A model generated the notes under the pieces. The model saw only the letters and a program-made list of their open reading frames with translations, was not told the origin of the DNA and made no database searches. The translations under genes and the position numbers were made by a program. Shown here in pieces: positions 51,463 to 64,000 of a stretch of 64,000 nucleotides of DNA (position 1 is the stretch's first letter; each line of letters starts with the position of its first letter). The DNA comes from Lingula anatina (lineage: Eukaryota > Animalia > Brachiopoda): assembly GCA_051362555.1 (NCBI GenBank), contig CM120641.1:14446001-14510000 (forward strand), written 5' to 3'.

Positions 51463-52929
51463 GTAAGTACCTTTGTTTGTGAACTTTTTGAATAATTGCC
51501 GTGCATATTTCAAGTTTACAAGTACGTATTTTTTATTTTTAATAAGTATCAAGATTCAAACCGTTATTTTTAATAAGTATCCCGAAAGTTGTTTTAATTC
51601 ACAAGATCTTTTTGAGACATTTCATGTGGTTTGCCCAAAAGTTTGAAGAAAACCAATTCCAAATGCTTAAACAAAAAAGAGAAAACTTGGCGGTTTTACG
51701 ACTCATATTTGTTTTAGATTCTGGGCTTAGAAGTCATTAAGAATATGGCAAGCTGTTTTCTCAGAGCGCATAATTGAGGATATAAAGTTTTCATAAAATG
51801 CAACTGACTGGTTGTTATTTATTTGTTTCCTAGTGACATAGCTGTCCGGCTGCCAAATATTATTCTGCTGACGGTGTCTGCGAAATGATAATCATAAAAA
51901 TAATTCGTTACTTTTTTGTTGTCCAACAGTTCTGTTTAGCGTCTTCGTATGAAAGAGTAATGTGTTCTCCTACAAAAATCTGCCTTTACGACTAAACAGT
52001 AAAACAGTAATATGTTAAAGTAGACACGCAAGGTGTAATGATATGAATACACGGAGTGCAGCAAAGTTCTTTAATCTTTATTGCAGTTTGCTATAAAATC
52101 AAAACATTATTCCGTGCTAATACAATCCTTCAGTTTTGAGAAGTATCATCGCATGTGTCTTATCAATAAAGCTGTTCACAATTATAAGGTTATACCTGTA
52201 TTTGCATTAATGCCAAAAGCTACAGCACCTGCTCCTTCAGAAGTGACAAATTCTTCATCGCGTTTTCACCTACTTATATTTGCTTTGTTTTAATGTACTC
52301 GCACCTGCGTTCTTATCATTTTGAGGTGACCGATTGCATATGAAGTTACCCTGGCCTATATCCCATTGTTAATCAATTAGCAAATGAAATAAGAGCGATG
52401 TTGACCTATCTGATACTGCCCGAGTTTATACGCAAGTTGATGATACATGTAACAAGCACTTCAGGCGGTTTTTTTTTTTTTTTTTTTTTTTTTTTCAAAT
52501 TGTAGCCACGTTCTCTCGGCATGTTGACGACGATTGCTCTAAGTTGTGGTGCCCTGTTGAACAATTATCTTAGAACTTCAAAGAATGCACCATATTTTTC
52601 CACGACTTTCAAGTTAAGCTTTATTGAACTGCAAATCGCTCATGGTTCTGTGCAGGATATAAATGGTCCGTAACCTTTGTATACTATAAACATCACAAAG
52701 ATGATATGATAACAATGGAATTATGGAACGTCTCTTCAGCAACCTGATAAGTCTCAACTGAATGGTTAAACTTCTTTCGCGTACTTGTATTTTTTTTAGA
52801 CTGGTGGGTAATGGGGTTACTTAAATACGCGTAGCTATCACATTACATAACCAGACATACATATAGAACGAGTGACGTTGAGTTCAAATACCGAACGTGT
52901 TGTTGTGTTGCTGTTACAAATATGCTATT

Positions 52930-53257
52930 GCAATGAAAAGTTCTTAAAACCATGCCCTGTATGTATACCAGTGCTGTCGCCAGGATAGTCGCAATTAGTG
53001 ACAGGGTAACTTTTTGTAGATTTCTTTAGCTTTCCAATTTCCCCTAAAAGTATGTTATCTTGGCAGTGAACTATCCAAACATGCCACTTAAACTTCGATC
53101 CTCCACCCAAGCCCCTTCCTTCAGCTCTTTCGCTGGGTGCTTAGCGAGAAGACACTAGTATTTTCTATGACGATATTCGTTATAAGCAGGCCATCGATCG
53201 AACGCACGACCTCCAGCTCCGGACAGCGAACAGTCTTCAGTTTATGGCACCTCGCCG
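52930..53257 (-). mobile_element. Degenerate tRNA-derived SINE
   Basis: The minus strand reads ...GGAGGTCGTGCGTTCGATCG... (B-box-like) after a tRNA-like head, followed by a ~250-bp body. Confidence 0.4.
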
Positions 53258-54774
53258 ATATTGACTGAGCGCTATACAAAAAAGCGGTATCTTGTAAACA
53301 AGGATGAATATCTCCTTTTGAATTTTTAGCTTAAGGACATGTTTATTATTTCGAATCTTTGCGTTTCTTTTTTTCTGCTATAACATGTCAAAGGCATTTG
53401 CGAACGAAAATATAACATACTCTATTTGTAGTTAGCGCTAACATACTCTATTTGTAATGAACGTTAAGTGAAATAAACATCTATATTTGCATAAGACAAG
53501 AATTGAATTCGAAAACGTTGATCTTCCTTCTCAGCAAATTGATGGACAATTCCTAATATAAAAATATATATAGCAACCAAAATGCAATGATAAAACCCCA
53601 CGCCAATCCCAAATCCCAATTCGATTTTTTACACTTCTTGTGACCATATCCTCTAAAACCTTATATTATCGCCTGTAGGCAACTTGTCGAATTATCCTGT
53701 TAACAGACAGTCACCAATCCATCAAACCAATGAAAAGACGACCCAATGAAGGGTGACCCTGAGGAGATGATAAATCTAGGCGAAATTTTAGTCTCAGAAA
53801 GATCATTTATATTATAAATGTTCAACATAAAACGGGATTAATACAGGTGGCTTAATGCATTAATGTGGGTTTTCCCAAAATTATCTGCGAACTGATAAAA
53901 CTAATAAGTAAAACTTGTTACCAGGACTCTCATAACTGTAAAGCAATAATACGTTTAATGAAGTAATTTCCTCCTTGGCTTAATGAAAGAACGCAAAGAA
54001 GGCGTGGTGTAGCGTTGTGAATCGTTTAAGTCGTGAGGGTGGTTTCTTTGTATTGACATGAAATGAGTTCCGGAGTTAATTTCTATTTCATGACTTACAT
54101 ATCCTATAATCAAACTATTTGTAAACAAGACAAAAAGAAAAAGAAAAAAACGCACGGAGACTCATAATTACTAGAGATGGTAAGGGATTTCGGTGTGGCC
54201 TATCGAAATAAATAAAATGATAAGTATAAGTGAATAAAGTGAAGTTGAAAATGGGGCGTTCATGGAGGAGAATGGAAAATGCATTCAAGATTCGTAACAT
54301 TCATAGCATTTGTACCAATTCTTCTCTCATGTGCCTTCAACATAACCATACGCATAAAAAAACGAGCAGATTCTGGCATTTTACTTTACGGAATATATAA
54401 TAATAATAATAATTATTATTATTATTTGTACAGTCACATGACACGTTTGTTATGGATTATCAATATTCTAGTTGTTTCAGTGTTTGCAAAACAGAAGTCA
54501 GAACCCATTTGTCTGGCTTACAACCGCCCACCAGTTCAAAATGTGTTGAGCCTTTTTTGCTCTGATAAATGGGCCTAGACAGACAGTGGGCGGTGTTAGA
54601 CATGAATATCGAATTCATAGTTTTTTACCATTCAGGTTTGGTTTTTGTGGCTATAGAGGTAACATGAATGACTGTGTTCTAATAAATGCATATTCTTGAT
54701 ATCCGGAATATTGCCTACAAAAATTGTGTCCTTAACCTGTTTTTAATCTGTTCGCTGACTTTCATTTTCTTGTC

Positions 54775-54776
<2 letters not shown>

Positions 54777-54808
<32 letters not shown>
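54777..54808. repeat. (TG)n microsatellite
   Basis: About 16 TG units. Confidence 0.95.
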
Positions 54809-54812
<4 letters not shown>

Positions 54813-56154
54813 TGTCTACCAAAAGATTAAAAGAAACTAACAAAAATCTTTTGTATTGGTCCAATCCACACGACTGAGAGTCGTAGTTTTTTGTGGTTAA
54901 ACTGCTGGTGTAATTCTGATCTGAAAGTAATCTAAATTTACAGTTGCCTCAATATCCCAACGAAGGATTTCTTGTAGAACCAGAGGGTCCAATAAGAGAT
55001 ATCAAATTAAGAAGTTATTGCAGGTTCAAATGTGCCAGTAATGATCTCGCGCCATTTATTAACAAATAAGAGAGAGAGAGATTGCAGACTATGTATATGT
55101 ACAAAATAAGCCATTTGACAAATCTATCAAGACACTTATTTAATGTATACTGCCACGTGGAAACGGATTACCCATACTGTTTTCATGATGGGCGTACCTC
55201 CCGATAACAATCGAACTGATTGCCAACCTAAGAGCTGTTAATACATTTTATCTCCCGGAATGTGTCCCGTGACACGATTCCTGTGATGCCTTCCCCCGCG
55301 AGGCGAATTAAGCACGTTGAAGATATCTTGTGTAATAGTTGTTTTTTCTATCAGTAGAGCCATCAGCTCAATGCTTCCTGCCTCTCCATCCCCTATTAGA
55401 GTTTATTTATGCCGATTTGTCTTCGTTAGATGCCCGCCTGTCAGGTAACCATTAAACTCCTTCTAGTAGCAGAGACCGATCCTGACGTACATTTGAGTGA
55501 TTTGATTTGATACGTCTCCGAGCTTCCCTAACACGGTTAGTATAAATGTTACTGCCACTCTCAAGTCCATCGTGGGTTGATCTTCTTTCTTTTCCTTTCT
55601 TTCATTGTCAAAGGCATTGATAATCTTAGATAACATTTCCCCATAAAACATGCACTGAAAGACATATGTCTTTTATTTATTGGCATTTATCCAATGACTA
55701 ATGCTCCGTCACACAGGCGAAATAGACTGGCGTAGCAGCACTCGATCTTTTAAAAAAGGCCTCGGGTATTGTAGCACATATTTGGTAACCATTTTAGCAG
55801 TATACCACCTCCTCATAGCTAAAATTCAATAATCCCGTTGGCCTCTGCTGCATATGTTTGATGACTACAGTCAAGAGATAGGGTCAAATAAAACGCTCTG
55901 TACTGTGGGTACTTTCGGGAATTCGCATATAGCAGTGTATTGCAGTTTTATCTGTTTTCATTCGTCCCCGATTTAAAAGAATGAATTTCGCCATGTTGGT
56001 TGCAAAATTCCATTCAGAAAATTTGCTACAAGCAATAGATAAAAATGACTACATCTATATGTCAACACTTTCTAAAACTAAGATTACGATATAATGTGAC
56101 GATGCAAGAATAGACTAAACATAAGTTTATCAGCAAATAAAAAAGGGTCCAAAC

Positions 56155-56480
56155 TTAAAGGGGTATCAACTGCGCATTTTGGTCAAAAATGGATTTTTCA
56201 GAGGTAAAGGACAATTTTCCACACTTACCAATGGTGAATGAATCCATTCCGACATGTACATTTAAAGTTAGGTCCTGGATTAAACCCCAAAAGTTTTTTA
56301 AATAATCTTTTACGAGATTATGGGGCAGCCATGGGGCAGCCATCTATGAAAGTCACGTGATCCGATGGCAAGCACAGATTCCAGAATAATTGTGATAACC
56401 GACGTTTTCGGGCAAAATAGAATTAATTATATTTCTATGAGTCGTTTCCAATGTATTTATTGTGAAATATGGATCCCTTA
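56155..56480. mobile_element. TTAA-flanked Kolobok-like non-autonomous element, copy 2
   Basis: TTAAAGGGGTATC...GGATCCCTTAA; homologous to 17276-17596. Confidence 0.65.
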
Positions 56481-59400
56481 ATAAAGATTGCTATCCTTTT
56501 AAAGATATACAGCATATTAAGCGATAGTTGATACCTAGTAACGTTTACTAATTCTTACACTAGATTTTACACAACAAATATACTTGCCAAAAAATTAACT
56601 GTTCTCTTAGGCAGCAAAAGGCTAAATACATGTATCTGTTCAAAAGTTTTACCTCCGTAAAGCACAGAAGATAAGCAGAAAATATCTGTGCAAATATAAT
56701 TTTTACAGGTAATATTGTGACTTGTAATATAGGTATTTCTCTCAGTCGTTTTGGCAATTGGGAGGATTTAGTGGCAATGATTTGTCATCAGAGTCGCTTA
56801 ACATGCATTTTTAATGAGCATGACAGATAAAAACGACTATATGAAAAGAAACAAATATTACAAGTATAGACACCAATAACAATGAATTTCACATCACAAA
56901 ATTTTACTACTAGTTACCTTTATCAAAACAAATCGTGCTTCTGATGGAGCTATAACTTGCATATTTTTGAATTATTAAAATACAATATGTTGAACTCGAT
57001 CTTCATAAATGAACCCATTTGGTCATCGTTATCTATGAATTTATTTTAAAAAATATGGACCAAGTATTATACATTTGAATTCGAATGTACACGATAGTGT
57101 CAGTTTTTGTTCAAATTCCGTTAATTGCTGTAAACAGACCCGGTCGATAATCACCTTTTTACAGTTAGGTAAACAAACGTATTGAATGCGCTTTATTTAA
57201 CAGAAACGCTCGGATCTTGTTTTGCAGTAGGCTTATCTCCGGTAGAGACCGCTACTTCTTACTCTGCTACGTCAACCATTACCTTTTCGACCCGTTGAAC
57301 ATGAAGTATCACTTCCGAAGCTTTCGAAACTGACATCAACAGTGAGAAGTTTGATCAATTATCATCAAACGAGTTGTCCCTAACTTTGTATGTCAGCCTT
57401 CCAAGAGATGGTTTGCATTAGTACATTCGATTACCGGTTCAATCACTGAGAAGCAATTGAAAATCTAATATATTGCTCGCATAATCTTAGGTGTTAATAC
57501 CGGTGTAGCCTCGCATCCAATTTAAACTGATGCCGAGCCGTATTTCGTGTTTTTATACAAGTGCAATTAGCGCTACCGAGACAGATTCTGTCTGCCTTTA
57601 GACAGTTAAGGAACGATTTATCTTCAGATGTTATGAGCTTCGATAAAAGATGGGCTCTGCCCACTCTTTAGCTTATTGTGTTAATGTGACGCCTTGCCTA
57701 AACCAAGAAGTTTTACAACTTCTTGCCTAAACTATCATATAAATGCCACCTTGTTGAAATGCACCGCTCCTTCGCTTACGTACTGTCAAGTATGCTGCAA
57801 TTGCCCCTCTGACTCTCCTGGCTCGCTGTTAGGGGAATCTCAAGATTACGCCTTTTGGCCCAATAAGACGCTTGTATAGAGACAATGTTTTGATTTGATT
57901 TACATCTAGATGGGTGCTTTTTCTTCTTTCAATTATGATGCATGTAAATCTTTTGCAAAATAGAAGATATGATTCAAGTGAAAGTTCAAGCTAATTGTTT
58001 TTTAATCTGCAAGTTACCAGCGAATTTCAACATTCGTTTCTCAGAACGGACAAATGTGAAAAAAGTGAGAGGATGATAGTGAAACAAGAATTATACTGTT
58101 CGGATAAGCTAGAGTTGAAAGTCTAAGTTTGCTGATGGCAAAAATTGGCTGCACGTTATTTTCTGCTGTCTACCAAAGTAGACATGTATTGATCATGTCG
58201 CACAATCTGTAAAGTTCGAATCACCATCTCGGAATCTATTCCCCCTAAAATCATCTACTGCGAGATGTTATCAGATAATCTATCCATCTATCTATCTATC
58301 TATCTATCTATATATCTCTCTCAGATAACTTTCAAAACCAAATGATTGGAATCAATGGGCTTACAATGCATAGTAAGAAGCATTTGCATTGTCCTTTCAT
58401 CGTGACCATTCCACCATTTCCGGTACTTCTCAGAGGCCACGGGAAGGCATTTCCTTTGTTTGATTAACTATGAAGTGCGACTCCTGTCGGATGTAGATGT
58501 CATTCAAGTCTAGTAATGGGAACAGGATCGCCCCCATCCGTCTATATGGGAGACCAGTAACGGGCTAGTAAATGCCATACTTTGAGGCTGATTCTCCTCG
58601 TAGACGATTTAATGTTCTTTTTAGAGCCTCTTTATTGTTAAAACAATAACAGATCAAACAACTGCCTTGTTTTTGGTGGTTACTTTTAAAACAAACTGGC
58701 AATTATAAAAATTGGTTTCAATTTATGTGCGTCTGTTATCCTAAGTAATATTGCATGGAAATAGTTGATATCCGAAGCGGTTTGTCGCAACCCAGACTTT
58801 CGATGTAGAATAACAGTGTATTCCTATTATGAAAAAATACGAAGTCAATTTCCTTATCTAATACCTATCTGCTTTGTGATAACGAAAGATAACGTCTGTA
58901 TTGGTGGGTTCTGCTTATGTTTTTTGGTAACGGTACCTGAAAGATGCTACATTGAGACCGAAAAGCCGAGATAAATCGGTAGTCGTTATTCAAGTTGGCC
59001 AACCAAAGCAACTGTCGGTCTGTAACTTAATTTGAAGTGGATTTAAGTTTTCAGTCTTAAAGCTATGACTATCATTCAACTGAAATTCCTTGGTGAAATT
59101 TAGTCAAAGAATTAAATTTATTTATATCTAATCACAATTGCGCTCGCATTCATTGCAACAAACGTTTCTTACTTGTCACAAAGCTAATTCACATGACTGA
59201 AAGACGAATATGTTTTAATTAAGAGATAGTAATTTTTTTCTTTTTTTTTTTTTTTTTTTTTTTTTTTGCTTTTCTATATCTGTAACACAGTCGGGCACTT
59301 TAAGACTTGCTGATATGGTATCTCAACTTTGCATGTGTGACTTTAGAAAGCAGTCATTCGCCTGCACATTGATAAATAATGTACAGCCATTTCTTTTGAT

Positions 59401-59711
59401 GTCCCCTAATTTAATATGACAACCTGCTGTAAAAAAACTGCCACTTTTATTTATAAACTTTAGGAAACAGAAACAACATCCACACCCGTGAGTTTCATTT
59501 GTATACGTTCATGCCGTTGCAACATTCCCCTGGTAATCGTGGTGCGTCAAATAAGTTTTATACTGCCTTGTTTTCAAATTCTGTCCAAAGTTTTTGCAAC
59601 GGCGAGCTACATACTAAACATTATGACACTTTTGTAATATAAACATAATTTATATCCTAATATTTCTTATTTTTATAATCATAAATGTTTTCAATTTTCT
59701 CATTTTTAGAG

Positions 59712-60305
59712 ATGGCAGCGTCCGTCATATTTGCATTGTATGCTATAGTAACTGTGGTCGACGCTGCAAATCCGTCTCACTCGGTTTCATCGATCTGGCG
59801 GAGAAATTCAGAAACTGGCAGCAGGCATGGCATGAGTTCTATATGGCGAAAAAGGGGGAGAAATAACCTATCGGCAATTTGGAAAAAAGATGACGCTGCT
59901 TCTAATTCAGCGGAAGCCGATGTTACGGATCGTATCTGGCTAACTCCCATTTCTCATGTCGCAGACGACGACAACCTGCAGGCGCCTGCGGGTTACGAAG
60001 GCGCAACAAGAGAAGACAACGACGTTGAAAAGAGAGGCAGAAACACCATGTCGATTTGGAAGAAAATGTCTCCATACAAGGCCTACAGTGCGATTTGGAA
60101 AAGAAACCAGGATTCTTCCAATTTCTATTTTCAAAGGCCACTCCGAAAATCCATTAACCGTGAAGCTAAATGCAAAAGTAACGCCATTCATTTCGATTTT
60201 TGTTTTCTGTGTGGGGCCGATTGCGAGGATGCAGGCGTTTACTACGACTGTTGTGCGGGACAAAAATTAGCCGTTGATTTCTGCAAAAAGTGGCTGCTTA
60301 AATAG
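59712..60305 (+). CDS. Neuropeptide precursor: signal peptide, five peptides ending in S(S/A)IW or SIW flanked by basic cleavage sites, and a Cys-rich C-terminal domain
   Basis: The acceptor TTTTTAG at 59703-59709 precedes ATG 59712. Hydrophobic signal MAASVIFALYAIVTVVDA, then ANPSHSVSSIW-RR, NSETGSRHGMSSIW-RKR, GRNNLSAIW-KK, an acidic spacer ending KR, GRNTMSIW-KK, MSPYKAYSAIW-KR, and a C-terminal CKSNAIHFDFCFLCGADCEDAGVYYDCCAGQKLAVDFC. The exon is more GC-rich than its flanks; AATAAA at 60775. Confidence 0.88.
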   Translation: MAASVIFALYAIVTVVDAANPSHSVSSIWRRNSETGSRHGMSSIWRKRGRNNLSAIWKKDDAASNSAEADVTDRIWLTPISHVADDDNLQAPAGYEGATREDNDVEKRGRNTMSIWKKMSPYKAYSAIWKRNQDSSNFYFQRPLRKSINREAKCKSNAIHFDFCFLCGADCEDAGVYYDCCAGQKLAVDFCKKWLLK

Positions 60306-62783
60306 ATCTAAAAACGGTCCGAGATAAGGACTTACTACCTGGTGGCTGATATATGCAAATCGATGCACATGCGCAGACACCTAAATTGTAGTTTTAACAA
60401 TCAAATGGAATTTCTCTCTTATTTATAAACTTTAATGGTATATGTATATGTATTTTTCAGGTCTAACTGGTTTAATACCCACTGACAATGACAGTGCCTT
60501 GTCAACACATCATAGATATTCTCTGTTAATTTATTCAGTTGAAATCTAAACTAGTTTGCTCTTTCGTTTTATAGACGTTCTGAATTTAAACTGGCTTCAT
60601 GTTTTCTTGGATTTAAGACGTTGTAACCTTTATTAGAGAAGACCCTTAAACTCATAACATTATCCAAACAGGGCAGCAATATCGCTAGGCTTGTAACACT
60701 GTTTTCAACTAAGCACGAAGAACCTACAAGTTTGTTGACTTAAGATTGCATATTTTGGGTTTTTTTGCCTTTTGAATAAACATTTCTTTATGCAATAATT
60801 ATGTTAATTATTTTTTTCTTGCTACACACAAGAAAACATTCTAGATAATCAATTCTGAGATGCAGATCTATTCGTATTAGCACGTACAGATATAAAAACA
60901 TGAAAATTCACTTTGCACTTACGATGTCGAACTCCAAAGCCGATGAAATGATATTTGAAGTATTGGTTCACTGTCCTCTACTGACCTTATCGTGATAAAA
61001 ACAAAGTTTATAGACCCCTAACTATTATCACGATGATGTAGCTGGTGGCACAAAGTTTCAAAAATCCATCCCCATGTGGCTTTTGACTTAAGCACAGAGG
61101 TCATGAATTTTAACCAGGAACCAGCCAATAAGCCAGGTTAAGCTCGTCAATACCGATATAATTTACATATGTCGAGGATATTAAAAGTAATTTTTGGATA
61201 CATAAAAGTCTTTAGGTTTTTTTCCCAATATCTTTCTTTCATAATGTTATACGATGTTGTTTTTTTTTTAGCTGACGGAAAAACGCTAAATACTGTACTT
61301 TTTAAACCCTAGACCACTTACTGATTAGAAAATCGTTGTATAATAATTTTTAACCTTGAAGATATATATGGGCAAATATGCTTGTGCACCTTTAACTGAG
61401 CCTAGGCTTCCAGAATTCTGGAAGTAGTTAAATCGAGATTGTGGGTTTCTAGTAAGAGTATCACGTGTAATTGACTTGGATACAGTTCAAAATTTTGTTA
61501 ATCCCATTGACCCATTTTTGAGTTCTTTCATTGTATCGCACAATGAAGTCCTGTATGTTAGACAAGTTTAAATTCTATGAATAAAATCGTTTGATTTGGT
61601 AATGGTTCGGATGTCCCTGCTTAAAAAAGCCATCAAATCATGGTGTGTCCGGCAGACCACAGACAATGATCTTAACGGATAAAGAGGTGCTTGAAGAGAT
61701 TGAATGCTCTTGTTATTGACTAGTTCAAAGCATTTCATGTAATTTGAACACTTTTTTCTCTAACTTACAATTCCCCATATTTCAATTTGATTTTTTTCGG
61801 GCTATATTTTTTAAGGTTGGACTTGATGTCATCTTTATATTTGTCATATCTTTTTTCTGGGACATCATAATGACTTGATACTAAATGGAGGTCCCTTAAA
61901 TGTGGAATTAGTGGGTAGTGTTTTGTTAACTTTATGTATACATACCCTCCTGGTCCCATGCAGATTCAAGATCTTCTAGAGGGATGAATCAGTCTCCTGG
62001 TCAGCGTGCTGGACCAATGGTGGAAATAGAGAGGTCGTTGGCTGGGCATGTTTGCTTTTATCTGGACAAACTCTTATCACGTTGACCCCTAGCCGTTGTC
62101 ATCTAATCATCAAGGTATCATATACATAAATGAGCAGTTCACTGAATCTATGCTGTCCAGCATCTCATTTGGTTTACTCTGTCTTATAAAAGCCTGATGT
62201 ATATATTCTTCTTTATGTAATGAAATTACTACTAGTGTCAAAAATGCAAATATTGACTGAAATTAAGCAAAAGAAAAAAGCAACCATCAGATGCCAAAGA
62301 GAGAGAACATTTTAGGAAGTCGGCAAATCTTAAATATACATGTAATGCATAGCCCCTCTTTCCGATAATACACCTGTACAGTTCCTGCTTTAGTCCACAT
62401 CTTTTAGGTATTCATAAAGATGTTTAGTCCGCTAGGGTGTCAGAATCATTTATAGAAAACAAAAATGTAATTTTAAAGTGCGTATCGTTACAATGCACAT
62501 GGTTGACTGTGTATTAGTCAATACGTCTATAAGTCTATACGTGTATAAGTCTATAAAACAAAAATGGTTCTCATTGTGCAATATTTCAATTTTTTAAACC
62601 AGCAACATAGAAAGCATGAGATAATAACAAAACTTTTTAAGGAAGTCATAAAGTATCTTGTATTTAATAAAATGCACTGAATAGTCTGTTTTCACATTTA
62701 AAAGTAGTTTATATAACATTTACGACTGGTTTATGGAGTCCGATTTCTGCATTTGTAGTGAAGCAAATATAATGTAAACAGTA

Positions 62784-63143
62784 ACACACGATTGCTTATT
62801 TTTTGTTAAAAAAATGGAAAATACGGCAAAGACAAGTAATACAGTTGTATGTATGCAACGACCTTCGCTGCAAACCACTACACCAAGTCCTACGGAATGA
62901 ATTATCTGTTCCTGTTCCATGAAACGTGCAATGAGGAACACCCACAGTGAAACAAATGCAGTGAAGCAAATGTAAATCGTTACACACGATTACTGATTGC
63001 TGTTAAAAATGGAAAACCTCACATAGACAATTAATGTATACAAATTCAGCAACTTTGGCTGCGAACCACTACACCAAGTCCTGCAGAATGGATTGATCTG
63101 TACTCTTCATTGAAACACAATGATAAACACACACAATAGAAAC
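62784..63143. repeat. Diverged ~195-bp tandem duplication
   Basis: ACACACGATT...AAAAATGGAAAA...AACCACTACACCAAGTCCT occurs at ~62784 and ~62982. Confidence 0.75.
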
Positions 63144-64000
63144 TGATAGGGTAGCGATCCCAACTTACGAAAGTAAGAGAGAGTGTTCACATTTTCTTAG
63201 TTTTTCTTCCAGCCACCCGGGTACTTCAAATTCTGCTGACTAGCACTTTTACCTGGACCATTTTTTTGAGAAAGATTTACAAGAAAACAGATATAATTAG
63301 GTATAAAAGGCGACAGTTAATCTTACGAACGTGTCTTTATCAAATAAGGACTTTCTTCTATAAAGCTACTGTATTATGGGGAATCAATATCGATATTTTG
63401 TTTAATTAAAAGATATAACCGTGAGCATACGGTAGAAGTGTACAAAACAGGTAATCACTTAGTAAGGAACAATGAAATGAAGGAAGGAACGTCAGGGTTT
63501 TTTTATGAATCTCTTTCTCAGGGGTTTTGTTCCATATAGCTTTGTTTTGTTTGTACTCAATGTGACATACGATTGGAATGTCATGTTATGACTGTTAGGT
63601 TATGTTAAGTGGAAAAGAATGCAAACTGGGTTTTAGAATAAGTCACTTTGTTAGTCAACTAAAACAGATCTTCAGCCATGAATATTATTTAAAACTACTT
63701 GCGAGAATGCTGGCATATTTATCCACATTGCCACCTCACGACATTTACTTGTTCTCGTTTGCCCTCGTTCTTTAGCGATTAAATTTTAGCAATTTGTCAC
63801 TAAAACTAGGGCAATAAATGTAAATGCAGTCATAGTGGGCCTAAGATACCAGAGATTTAGAGGAGAGAAGCTAGCTAACATGATCATGAGAGATATTATA
63901 TGAAGGTTAAACAATCGCTGTCACAGGGAGCTAGCTGGAAATGCGTTAAGACCTTGAGGTTGCTCTATCACATCTATTCTCATGTCAGTGTCCATTGTGT

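Noticed and set aside
59685-59711. N-terminal MFSIFSFLE of the listed 206-aa ORF
   Set aside because: It lies in the polypyrimidine tract and splice acceptor; the real exon starts at 59710.
59923-60270. Three overlapping ORFs (72, 107 and 104 aa)
   Set aside because: Shadows of the GC-richer neuropeptide exon with no motifs of their own.
61600-62060. Possible RTE-type LINE remnant (KYKDDIKSNLK, KYGEL, AGHV-like fragments)
   Set aside because: Fragments are short, out of order and on both strands; too weak to call without a database search.
62720-62987. Minus-strand ORFs in the ~195-bp duplication
   Set aside because: The second repeat unit has stops in the equivalent frame and no recognisable domain is present.

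Overview
AT-rich, intron-rich eukaryotic DNA, most likely from a marine invertebrate animal (species not determinable). Six multi-exon protein-coding genes can be read by hand. (1) The 5' part of the piRNA helicase TDRD9/spindle-E (- strand, ATG 11506) runs off the left end of the window. (2-4) A tandem array of three diverged organic solute transporter alpha (SLC51A/OSTalpha-like) paralogues lies on the - strand (14383-17808, 19837-25077, 27787-30439); one has gained a Tyr/Gln/Gly-rich cytoplasmic tail and lost the poly-Cys motif. (5) A fungal Cys1-type cysteine synthase with a mitochondrial-like presequence (+ strand, 38789-48069). (6) A secreted neuropeptide precursor that I cannot assign to a known family (+ strand, main exon CDS 59712-60305, probable first exon ending 51462). 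It encodes five non-amidated peptides ending in S-(S/A)-I-W or S-I-W plus a 7-Cys C-terminal domain, and is the best candidate for an undescribed system. Non-coding DNA holds many non-autonomous DNA transposons with readable TIRs and TSDs. These include a 6.4 kb IS3EU-like element, carrying a nested Academ-like element and a nested second IS3EU-like element (itself holding a MITE), sitting between the head-to-head OSTalpha-3 and cysteine synthase promoters. There is also a Helentron-like concatemer in a TDRD9 intron, a Kolobok-like element in a cysteine synthase intron, and many MITEs. Exon boundaries were read by eye and may be off by a few bases.
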